A stretch of 64,000 bases of DNA from Patescibacteria group bacterium. Lineage in GTDB: Bacteria > Patescibacteriota > Minisyncoccia > Phycocordibacterales > SBAW01. The notes beneath the pieces were generated by a model. The model saw only the letters and a list, made by a program, of their open reading frames with translations, ran no database searches and was not told where the DNA came from. How positions within the stretch are numbered: the stretch's first letter is position 1; every line of letters starts with the position of its first letter. Shown here piece by piece: positions 38,938 through 47,051 of the stretch. Location of the stretch: NCBI GenBank assembly GCA_019752125.1, contig JAIEMM010000012.1:3437-67436 (forward strand), read 5' to 3'. The position numbers and the translations under genes are program-made.

Positions 38938-38964
38938 ATGACGCGTGCGTACTGAGCCCGTTAC
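38938..38964 (-). promoter_or_regulatory. putative ECF-sigma promoter
   Basis: GTAAC-N16-CGTCAT on the minus strand. Confidence 0.5.
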
Positions 38965-39041
38965 TACCAAGCAACTCAACAATAGAAGATATCTAATGAA
39001 GCATGCATGAAGAAGATATTTTCTGTGATACGCTATCCTCA

Positions 39042-39401
39042 ATGCACGTAAGAACACTCCGCACCCCAGAGATGGAGGCAAAATACCAAGAGATGAAGGA
39101 TAGCGGCATTATGAATAACAGCTGCCGGCTGTGTGATGAAGATGTAACAATGACTTTTACGCATTGGAGGCTTATACCTAACCGCTTCCCATACGACCAG
39201 GTGTTTGAGCCACATGACATGCTTATCCCTATTCGCCACACGGCCGACATCAACGAAGAGGAGCGGCTCGAGTTGGAAGAAATAAAAAAGTCGTATATCA
39301 ACCACCACTATCGTTACATTATGGAAGCGACCCACTCGACCAAATCCATTCCGCAGCACTACCACTTGCATTTGGTGGAGATAAAGAAGGAAGAGATCTA
39401 A
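39042..39401 (+). CDS. HIT-like protein
   Basis: CRLC, NRFPYD, HDMLIP.RH, SIPQHYHLHL; start uncertain. Confidence 0.75.
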   Translation: MHVRTLRTPEMEAKYQEMKDSGIMNNSCRLCDEDVTMTFTHWRLIPNRFPYDQVFEPHDMLIPIRHTADINEEERLELEEIKKSYINHHYRYIMEATHSTKSIPQHYHLHLVEIKKEEI

Positions 39402-39402
39402 G

Positions 39403-39846
39403 GTGAACAAAAAGCAGTTTTTAAAATCTCTAAATGATGTGTGGTGCCGGCTCGCAGTGACCGCACATGGGGTGGGGGTAGTTGCCATACGCGACATCCC
39501 TAAAGGTATTGACCCATTTAAAAACTGCGACCCTCACGGCGACGTGCTTGAGATTTCAGAAAAAGAATTGGACGCTAGTCTCGCGCCAAAAGAGGCGAAG
39601 CAATTGGTGCGTGATTTCTGTGCACTGCAAGATGGCGTGTATTTTGTACCCGACTATGGCATTGATGCGATAGATAAATCGTATTTCTTAAATCATTCTG
39701 ACAAGCCCAACATGGTAGCAAAGGATAAAGGAGAAGTGTTTGTCACTGCCCGTCGGATAAAGAAAGGGGAGGAGCTCGTAGCTGACTACGAGCAGTATCA
39801 CGAGTACGTAGAAGTGTTTACCAAAAAACAAAAGCTCACTAACTAA
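39403..39846 (+). CDS. SET domain protein
   Basis: HGVGVVAIRDIPKG, FLNHSDKPN, ARRIKKGEELVADY. Confidence 0.9.
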   Translation: MNKKQFLKSLNDVWCRLAVTAHGVGVVAIRDIPKGIDPFKNCDPHGDVLEISEKELDASLAPKEAKQLVRDFCALQDGVYFVPDYGIDAIDKSYFLNHSDKPNMVAKDKGEVFVTARRIKKGEELVADYEQYHEYVEVFTKKQKLTN

Positions 39847-40095
39847 GGGAATGTAGATAAAAATCTGCCTGTATACTTCTTGTGTGAGCATTGGACATCG
39901 ACATCAATCACTCCGCCGTAGGGGAGTGATTAAGACAAAGAACAATAACTTCATATTTAGTATCGGAAGAATTGGGGTCAGGTACCAAATAAATTGAAAA
40001 GTTATGGTGTGATCAAAAACCGCCCTTGAGGCGGTTTTTGTATTTTGTGGACGTCGCACGAAAAACTTTGTTTTGGAGTGGTATACAATACTGTC

Positions 40096-40653
40096 ATGTC
40101 TTCACAGCGATCAACCTTTGCTTCAAAAATTAAATGGAATGAAGTAACGTGGTATTCAAAACTAGGAGCAATAATTTTTTTCATTGGTGTGGCGCCCGCG
40201 CTTTCTTTTTATATAGGGATGCAGTACCAAGCAGCGACACAACCATTTACACCTCATATTTCTGACCTACATAAGGCAGCTGGAGTTCATAGAGGAGAAA
40301 TACTAGTGTCTGACTCTACGACAGTATTCACTTTAAGTGGAAAACTCGTAGAAGAACAATTTTTTGGCCCACCAAATTATGGTGAAAGTCCACAGACGGA
40401 TTCAAAACAGAATATGCTTATGCTTCTTTTATCTAAACCTGTAAATGTACAAGGAAATGAAACAAATTTTGTAAATAATGAATATTACCCAAATATAAAT
40501 AAAATTCAGCTTGAGCTTGTTGGTAGTCCAATAGTGGATGCACTGGTTGGTAAAGAGATAACAGTGAGCGGAACTTTCCATGACGCTCACAATGCACACC
40601 AGCACACTCCAGTGTTGCTCAAGGTGGAGACGATCACTGCTGGTTCGAAGTAA
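40096..40653 (+). CDS. membrane-anchored DUF4431-like protein
   Basis: N-terminal TM; LSGKL...GPPNYGE, LVGK.ITVSG, HHT-like HTPVLL. Confidence 0.6.
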   Translation: MSSQRSTFASKIKWNEVTWYSKLGAIIFFIGVAPALSFYIGMQYQAATQPFTPHISDLHKAAGVHRGEILVSDSTTVFTLSGKLVEEQFFGPPNYGESPQTDSKQNMLMLLLSKPVNVQGNETNFVNNEYYPNINKIQLELVGSPIVDALVGKEITVSGTFHDAHNAHQHTPVLLKVETITAGSK

Positions 40654-40675
40654 TAGGTCAGAAATCTTTCTATCG

Positions 40676-40702
40676 AAAAAACACCCTAATTGGGTGTTTT
40701 TT
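40676..40702. terminator. bidirectional terminator, probably the original tmRNA terminator
   Basis: AAAAACACCC-TAATT-GGGTGTTTTTT, 6 bp from the left att core. Confidence 0.75.
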
Positions 40703-40709
40703 AACTATT

Positions 40710-40808
40710 GTGGAGGAGGTCTCAGGAAGTTGGAACCAACTGGAAGCGCTTGTATTTGAGTGGTACGGCATCCTATCGAGCTCCAAACTCGTGCCCCAGA
40801 GGGCATAA
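40710..40808 (+). other. displaced 3' end of the recombinase gene
   Basis: In frame from the core: VE-EVSGSWNQLEALVFEWYGILSSSKLVPQRA*. Confidence 0.65.
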
Positions 40809-40923
40809 AACGAGCCACACCACACGTTATCTGCGAAACGTAGGGTCACATAGGAGTTATGCAACCATGTAGGGTAATAGGAAACTCCCTCTATGGGTCA
40901 CATAGAGGGAGTTAACGAGAGAC

Positions 40924-41184
40924 TTAACCAGGGGAGTTTGCCGGATCGCGATCGCCTGGGAATGTGCGCTCTTCCTGAATGCGCGCACTCTCTTTAAGCT
41001 GGATTTTCACCGAGCCGCCGTTGGCACCCAATGCTCTTTCGAGGACGCCACCTTTTGTGGCCTTTTCTTTGGTCGTGAATGTTTTAACGACCTGGTGGGT
41101 TTTATTTTTGAACAATTCCCACTTTTCCTTGCCCTCGTTGAACCCGAGTGTGTACTGCGGTAGCGGAGGTAATTTTTTACCCAT
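40924..41184 (-). CDS. DUF2188-like small protein
   Basis: KWEL.....TFTTKEKA...GSVKI....IQEERTFPGDRDP..SPG. Confidence 0.75.
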   Translation of the reverse strand: MGKKLPPLPQYTLGFNEGKEKWELFKNKTHQVVKTFTTKEKATKGGVLERALGANGGSVKIQLKESARIQEERTFPGDRDPANSPG

Positions 41185-41266
41185 AGCTATTAATTAATAT
41201 TACGTACGCGCAAAGCAGTTCGCAGGGGTGAGCCCGGGGCGTTCCGGGCGCCGCACTGCGTGGTCG

Positions 41267-41620
41267 TTAAGACCAGGGAGACGTAACAGCGAGTGGGAGT
41301 ACGTTAGGGAAGCGGTCGCCCACCTTGGGTTTCCACGTGTCCGCTAAGTATCGTTCCACAGCATCAAGCTTGGAGGAGTGAACCGGTGCCCAAGTCACGA
41401 ACAAGCCGAGGTGCTTGTAGGCCATGATAGTTGGGTCGTCGCGGTGGGATGCGAGGCGGTCGCGGATGATTCCTTGACCGATGCGCACTACCGCTGGGCT
41501 CAATCCGCCGTGCCAGATGATGTAGACCCCAACCATATCGTCGAAATGGGTATGACCCAGATTGACCGTAGGAAGGGGACACCAGCCGTTCGTACACTGC
41601 TGCCATGAGGCTGTTTGCAT
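41267..41620 (-). CDS. GIY-YIG-like small protein
   Basis: GVYIIW...VVRIGQG.IRDRL..H...E.YL....P. Confidence 0.6.
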   Translation of the reverse strand: MQTASWQQCTNGWCPLPTVNLGHTHFDDMVGVYIIWHGGLSPAVVRIGQGIIRDRLASHRDDPTIMAYKHLGLFVTWAPVHSSKLDAVERYLADTWKPKVGDRFPNVLPLAVTSPWS

Positions 41621-41859
41621 AAGTACGTCGGGGATAATCGAACGGGTTGTTAATGAGCGGGCATGGTAAGCTTTAGTTGTAAGACTTTCGCGATCTACCG
41701 TCCTAAGAAACGCCCTCCGGGCAGACAATCAGCGGGCTTACTCGCCCTAAACCTTCGCAGGAGCGTCGGTTCTACTTCATATGATACTCACTTTGGGGCT
41801 TTTGTCCAGAGGCTGTACAAGAGATGGACACGGGGATAAGCTGGGGATATAATGGGGAT

Positions 41860-42507
41860 ATGCATGAGATTCAAAAAGTGCTCCTCACCATCCTTCAAGA
41901 GAGGGGAATACAGGTGCTTCCACCTTTACGAAAACTTGGCGAACTGACTGGCAAGACCCTTTCCGCGCAACAGGTCAAACACCACTTAGAACAACTACAG
42001 AAGAAAGGATTTATTTCAATAGATAAAAATACAAAAAAGATTGAAATCACAGTTGGTACTGAAAAAAAATCGCAAAAACAATCTTTCTATACACTCCCGC
42101 TGTATGGCGCAGTTAACTGTGGCCCGGCCTTGAGTCTGGCAGAACAAATACCTGAGAGTTTTATAAAAATTTCTTCAAATATTCTTAAGGGTTTTAGATC
42201 CGAGAATCTTTTTGTTGTAAGGGCAAGCGGAGATTCAATGAATAAGGCTGTTGTAGGAGGTAAAAGAATTGAAGATGGTGACTTTTTAGTTGTAGATACT
42301 TCAAAAGTTAACATTCGGGGTAAGGGGGAAATAGTTCTTTCTATTATTGATGGAGCGGCAAATATTAAAAGATTATATAAAGAACAAGATTCTTTTGTTT
42401 TGGTTTCAGACTCCACTAAAGATTATCCTCCAATCTATATTTCAATAAGTGATGATTTTTCAGTAAATGGAACTGTGGTTGCAGTGATGAAAAAGCCAAA
42501 AGGATAG
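41860..42507 (+). CDS. LexA/S24 family repressor
   Basis: wHTH (PPLRKLG...HHLEQLQKKGFI); CG cleavage site; SGDSM; ANIKR. Confidence 0.9.
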   Translation: MHEIQKVLLTILQERGIQVLPPLRKLGELTGKTLSAQQVKHHLEQLQKKGFISIDKNTKKIEITVGTEKKSQKQSFYTLPLYGAVNCGPALSLAEQIPESFIKISSNILKGFRSENLFVVRASGDSMNKAVVGGKRIEDGDFLVVDTSKVNIRGKGEIVLSIIDGAANIKRLYKEQDSFVLVSDSTKDYPPIYISISDDFSVNGTVVAVMKKPKG

Positions 42508-42528
42508 GGCTAAAGTTCCAAGAGTAAT

Positions 42529-42726
42529 TTATCTCCCCAATAGTCTATCAATCTTTTCTTCGACGTTTCTAAATTTGTCTTCAAAGTAGCTCCATACGAT
42601 GTAGAGAATTAGACCTGCCCCTGCAAAAGTTTCTACTGTATATGAGAAACTCTGGGTGCCAGCGATAAGCCATGCTACGAGGAGAAATAAACAAATAGCC
42701 ACCCAGTTCCAAATTTTATGTTTCAT
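42529..42726 (-). CDS. small two-TM membrane protein
   Basis: 65 aa, two hydrophobic helices then a charged tail. Confidence 0.6.
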   Translation of the reverse strand: MKHKIWNWVAICLFLLVAWLIAGTQSFSYTVETFAGAGLILYIVWSYFEDKFRNVEEKIDRLLGR

Positions 42727-42744
42727 GCGAATTAATTAACTGGT

Positions 42745-42890
42745 AACAAAAAGCCCGCCGCGGGTAGTGGCCGAAGCCACTCATGCAAGTTTCCCTGCAC
42801 GGCCGGTGAAGGCAGACCCCACGACGGGTTTTCTGGCCTTCACCGGACTTTCGACCTTGCCGATAGGGAAGCTATCGGGTTAGGTCCTTT
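42745..42890 (-). ncRNA. candidate structured RNA
   Basis: Minus-strand hairpins with G(GAAA)C and C(UUCG)G loops, 11-bp stem CCGGTGAAGGC/GCCTTCACCGG, U-tract end, upstream TTTACT-16-TATCAT. Confidence 0.6.
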
Positions 42891-42942
42891 TTATTCAGTT
42901 GTGCATTTATGATACGTCATTTCAGTTATTAGTAAACGATGG

Positions 42943-43638
42943 TTGAATGGAGGGGTGATTACCAACCAGAAGCTGGATAGAATGGCATTTTTGGCCTTCT
43001 GCAATGCAATTCGTTTGCACGAAGATGCGATAGAACTCTACAAGATCAAGAGCTACTCATCGGCTTTCTTTTTGTCGGTTTTGTCACAAGAAGAGATTGG
43101 GAAAATGCATTTGATAAATGATTATACTTGGCAGCGAGGCACAAGCGATGATCCAAAAGCATACGCTAAAGGTGTCGAAAAAATGTTTGTGGAAGCAATT
43201 TTTCTACATAAACTAAAGCAAGCTCATTTTTTACTAAATTCTCCCATAGAAAATAATTATTCGGCTCGTGGAAGGAGGATTATGGAAGAAGCGTGGAAGG
43301 GGGTACTGGATGGTGAAAAACAAAATGCAGTTTACGTCGGTTTTGGTAGAAAGAACGGGAAAATAGATACTTCTGGGCCAATCAAACACCCATGGCAAGT
43401 TACCGAAAAAGAAGCAGAAACTCAGATCACTAAAATGAATGATTATCTATTAGTATTTGGTCTCGGTCTTCGCTACACCAACTTCGTTTTTGAGAACGAA
43501 GATATAGAATATATGTGGAAGGGAAAAAAGTTTCTCCGTAAAATTTCGTCTCTGTGGAAGAGTTACAGCAGGTCAGCAAAGAAACAAATTAAAACTTATC
43601 AAAAACTGCTTAAAGAAAATATCGTCAACGTCTCCTGA
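42943..43638 (+). CDS. AbiV-family abortive infection protein
   Basis: NAIRLHEDA..L.....YSSAFFLSVLSQEEIGK, HKLKQ, KQNAVYV. Confidence 0.75.
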   Translation: MNGGVITNQKLDRMAFLAFCNAIRLHEDAIELYKIKSYSSAFFLSVLSQEEIGKMHLINDYTWQRGTSDDPKAYAKGVEKMFVEAIFLHKLKQAHFLLNSPIENNYSARGRRIMEEAWKGVLDGEKQNAVYVGFGRKNGKIDTSGPIKHPWQVTEKEAETQITKMNDYLLVFGLGLRYTNFVFENEDIEYMWKGKKFLRKISSLWKSYSRSAKKQIKTYQKLLKENIVNVS

Positions 43639-43661
43639 TAGCGTTTTATAATAAAACTAAG

Positions 43662-44198
43662 ATGACTAAAAAGAACTTGTCACAGAAAGCAAAACTCTCT
43701 CTGGAGGAAAAGGCTAAAAAGGATAAGGAATTTGGGGGTGGGGTTGGTCGTGGCAACAAGTTGGAGCGCACTCGAGGAATATTTAGGACCTGGCTATTAG
43801 TGCCAAGGAATTTCCTTGGTGCCAACGAACAAATCTTCAGGGCTCTCGGGTTTATAGATGCAGAAACTATCGAATTGTATTCAATAAAATCTCAGGCAGA
43901 ATTTGCAGAAAAGTTCGGGGTAGCCGAACCCACTCTTTCTCGCTGGAAGGGGGAGATAGAAAAAGCAGGCAATGATCTCGCCGATTTTAGGCAGGAAATG
44001 AAACACTTGAGCATCAACCTTATGGGTGCTTTGTATCGAAAGGGATTGAGTACGGGAGATCCAGCTGCTATAAAACTTTGGCTCCAAGTAATGGAGGGAT
44101 GGAATGAACGTACTGTGCACCAGGTTGATGTAAGCGGGTACCAACTCTCAGAGGAGGAAAAAGCTGAATTGGATCAACTAATGGAAGCAAACTTATAA
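43662..44198 (+). CDS. HTH protein resembling phage terminase small subunit-like proteins
   Basis: SQAEFAEKFGVAEPTLSRWK; ALYRKG..GDPAAIKLWLQ. Confidence 0.6.
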   Translation: MTKKNLSQKAKLSLEEKAKKDKEFGGGVGRGNKLERTRGIFRTWLLVPRNFLGANEQIFRALGFIDAETIELYSIKSQAEFAEKFGVAEPTLSRWKGEIEKAGNDLADFRQEMKHLSINLMGALYRKGLSTGDPAAIKLWLQVMEGWNERTVHQVDVSGYQLSEEEKAELDQLMEANL

Positions 44199-44428
44199 AA
44201 TATAAAAGTTTTATAAACAGGGGATAACCCATCAAGTTTTATTGGGAAATTTTTAGTGCTTGGTATAATTGGGTTACGAAATAACTTAAAGAGCGACCGT
44301 TCTTTAAGGCCGGTATAATCCGGAATTTGGTGGGAAGAATAGGCAAAGGGCCCCCAAACTCAATCTGAATTTATATTCGGACTAAGTTTGGGGGCGTTCG
44401 TTTTCTCACCAGCGAAGCCTCCGACAAA

Positions 44429-44623
44429 ATGTTGTCGGTTGAAGAATGTAGAAAATATGTCGGTAACGACATGTCAGACAAGGAAGTGGAGAATCTTCGA
44501 GATACTCTCTACTCGTTTTCGAGCATGGTGCTCGAGGCCTACTTTGATGCCCAAAAGAGGGCGGGGAATAGTGGTTTGCTTTCGGTTCCAAAGCACGACA
44601 GCGTGAAGGAGGAAAAGAATTGA
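44429..44623 (+). CDS. small protein coupled to the recombinase
   Basis: 64 aa; stop is 1 nt before the recombinase ATG. Confidence 0.7.
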   Translation: MLSVEECRKYVGNDMSDKEVENLRDTLYSFSSMVLEAYFDAQKRAGNSGLLSVPKHDSVKEEKN

Positions 44624-44624
44624 T

Positions 44625-46238
44625 ATGGCAAAGAAAGCACTAATTTACTGCCGAGTATCTTCCGTTAGGCAGGCTACTGAAGGTCATGGCTTGGATGCTC
44701 AAGAACATCGATGCCGTGAATTTGCACGCGCCAAAGACTATGAAGTCGTAACTGCTTTCAAAGATAGTTTTAGCGGCGGAGGCGATTATAGAAATCGTCC
44801 TGGAATGACCAGTCTTTTGGAATATATCGATAAGTATCCACATATAGAGTTCGTGGTTCTTTTTGATGATCTTAAGCGTTTGGCAAGAGATACTATTTTC
44901 TATCTTGAACTGCTGCAGGAATTTAAAATACGAGGTGTGGCGCTTGAGAGCCCGAACATTGTTTTGGGAAATTCAGCGGAAGATGAATTTGTGCAAACTG
45001 TCCTGATGGGTGCTGCACAATTGGAACGCAAACAAAATAAACGACAAGTAGTTCAAAAAATGAAAGCACGATTGGAGAAAGGCTACTGGGCTTTTTATCC
45101 GCCTCCTGGTTACAGACAAGTGAAAGATCCTGTACATGGAAGGATATTAATCCCCACCGATGTAGAAGCCCCCATTATTAAAGAAGCCCTTGAGGGTTTT
45201 GCATCTGGCAGATTTCCGCACCTTACGGATGTAATGAATTTTCTCCGGGAGGTCGGCTTCCGTGGCCGTCCCATCTATGTAGAAGGCGTCAGGCGTTTAT
45301 TAAAGCGAATTATATATGCCGGCTATATCGAATACCCTGCATGGGATGTGGCAACTACAAAAGGTCATCACGAGGCTCTTATAAGTCTTGAGACATATCA
45401 AATTATTCAAGATCGTCTCGCTGGACGTTACAAAGCGCGTGCTCGCAAGACAGATAATCTTTATTTCGTTCTGCGAGGTTTCCTTTTGTGTGCATCTTGT
45501 AGCCATGCATATACCGGCAGCTGGTCGAAAGGGAGGAATGGTAAGTTTCGATATTACCGTTGCAACAAGCCAGGCTGCGAACGTTTAAATAAGAGCATCC
45601 GTGCAGACAAAATTGATAAGGAGTTCGAAGTATTACTCAAATCTGTTCTCCCTAAGCAAGAGATGGCGCAATTCGCCAAGGCGGTAGTCTTGGATATATG
45701 GGCAAGCAAAGTAAAAGATTTTAAAAATGATCAGGCGATGCTTGAACGACGGCTCGCGGCCATCAAGCAGGATATCGACGCTTTGTCCCGTCGCATTGCA
45801 AAGACAGTCGAAGAATCTTTAATACGTAATTACGAGCAACAGATCCTGAGTTTGACCAACGAAAGTAGGGTTTTGCAGGAGCAACTCAAGAATTTGGGTT
45901 TATCAGCAGTAAGTTTTGAAACCGCATTGGAAGTGGTCATGGCGTTTCTCAATAATCCTTTGGCTATATGGGAAAACGGCGACCTAAACGCAAAAAGATT
46001 AGTCTTGCGACTAATCTTTGCGGACAAATTGGCGTACCATCACGAACTTGGTTTTGGAACCGCTCAAAAATCCTTGCTTATAGGTCTTTTTGAGCAGGTT
46101 CATGCCAAAAAATCTCAGGATGTGGAGATGCCGGGAGTTGAACCCGGGTGCAAAGCAAATTCTTTACGCGATCTACCAAACGTAGTTCGTTCTAAGTTCT
46201 CGTCTATCTGCATCAAGAGCGAACAAAAGCGCAGATAG
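44625..46238 (+). CDS. large serine recombinase
   Basis: YCRVSS catalytic Ser, RLARD, PPGY, Zn ribbon CASC...YYRC...C, coiled coil; last 36 codons are antisense tmRNA. Confidence 0.95.
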   Translation: MAKKALIYCRVSSVRQATEGHGLDAQEHRCREFARAKDYEVVTAFKDSFSGGGDYRNRPGMTSLLEYIDKYPHIEFVVLFDDLKRLARDTIFYLELLQEFKIRGVALESPNIVLGNSAEDEFVQTVLMGAAQLERKQNKRQVVQKMKARLEKGYWAFYPPPGYRQVKDPVHGRILIPTDVEAPIIKEALEGFASGRFPHLTDVMNFLREVGFRGRPIYVEGVRRLLKRIIYAGYIEYPAWDVATTKGHHEALISLETYQIIQDRLAGRYKARARKTDNLYFVLRGFLLCASCSHAYTGSWSKGRNGKFRYYRCNKPGCERLNKSIRADKIDKEFEVLLKSVLPKQEMAQFAKAVVLDIWASKVKDFKNDQAMLERRLAAIKQDIDALSRRIAKTVEESLIRNYEQQILSLTNESRVLQEQLKNLGLSAVSFETALEVVMAFLNNPLAIWENGDLNAKRLVLRLIFADKLAYHHELGFGTAQKSLLIGLFEQVHAKKSQDVEMPGVEPGCKANSLRDLPNVVRSKFSSICIKSEQKRR

Positions 46239-46494
46239 ATAAAGTTCAAGTCTTAGACAAACGGGCGAACAATCCGTTTATAGCAACTCGATGTTATAAC
46301 ACTTGATCCTTCCTCACGAGTGTTGGAAGGGAAGTGACACGTTAAGCCTTAGCGTAGGCGAACGCGAAATCATTCGCCGTGAAAAACGGCGATGCAACTG
46401 ATTTGCCAGTTAGAGTTTGGAGCAGTTTAAAGAATTACCCCAGTTCTGATTGGCAACGTAAAGAGTGGTTGCAATGTCTAGGCCTGTCATCCCC
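46123..46494 (-). ncRNA. ssrA: tmRNA
   Basis: Acceptor GGGGATG/CATCTCC with G3-U, T-arm CCGGG-TTCAACT-CCCGG, tag ORF 46407-46342, directly downstream of smpB. Confidence 0.93.
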
Positions 46495-46548
46495 AAGAAG
46501 TTCGCGACGCTAACCCGTGCTTCTTGCAGATTTTTGACCTATTCACCT

Positions 46549-46992
46549 TTATTGATTTTTCAAAGTCCTTCGAATGTCGCGATCAGTGTCTCTTTTCTTT
46601 AAGACGGCGCGCTTGTCGTATTTCTTACGTCCGCGCCCCACAGCGACCTTCACCTTCAATTTACTGCCCTTATTATACACTGAAATTGGCACAATTGTCA
46701 AGCCTTTCTGGCTTTCATATGCTGCAAGTTCAGGAAGTTCTTTCTTTGTAAGGAGAAGTTTACGGCTACGGTCGGGGTCGTAGTCGTCTGGGGTATTGGC
46801 TGCCTGGTAGGGTGGGATATGCATCCCTACTATATATGCTTCGCCCCCGCGCACTACCACGTGAGAACCTTCAAGCTTGCCGTGGCGAGCACGAATGCTC
46901 TTTACTTCGTGTCCGAGCAATTCGATGCCCGCCTCGAATTCTTCGAGGATCTCGTAGTCCAACCGCGCTTTCTTGTGTTCTATAAGATTCAC
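46549..46992 (-). CDS. smpB: SsrA-binding protein
   Basis: KKARLDYEI...EAGIEL.GHEVKSIR, RKLLL.KKE, GRKKYDKR; GTG start after TATATT. Confidence 0.97.
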   Translation of the reverse strand: MNLIEHKKARLDYEILEEFEAGIELLGHEVKSIRARHGKLEGSHVVVRGGEAYIVGMHIPPYQAANTPDDYDPDRSRKLLLTKKELPELAAYESQKGLTIVPISVYNKGSKLKVKVAVGRGRKKYDKRAVLKKRDTDRDIRRTLKNQ

Positions 46993-47051
46993 GCTCTGAA
47001 TATACCATTTTCTTTTGTTTTTCATATTCCAAAGTGTTACTATGTTTGCAA

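Larger units (their letters stand above)
40709..46127. mobile_element. serine-recombinase element integrated in the tmRNA 3' end (~5.4 kb)
   Basis: Direct core TGTGGAG at 40709-40715 and 46121-46127; recombinase, LexA-like, Abi-like and HTH cargo; compositional shift. Confidence 0.78.
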
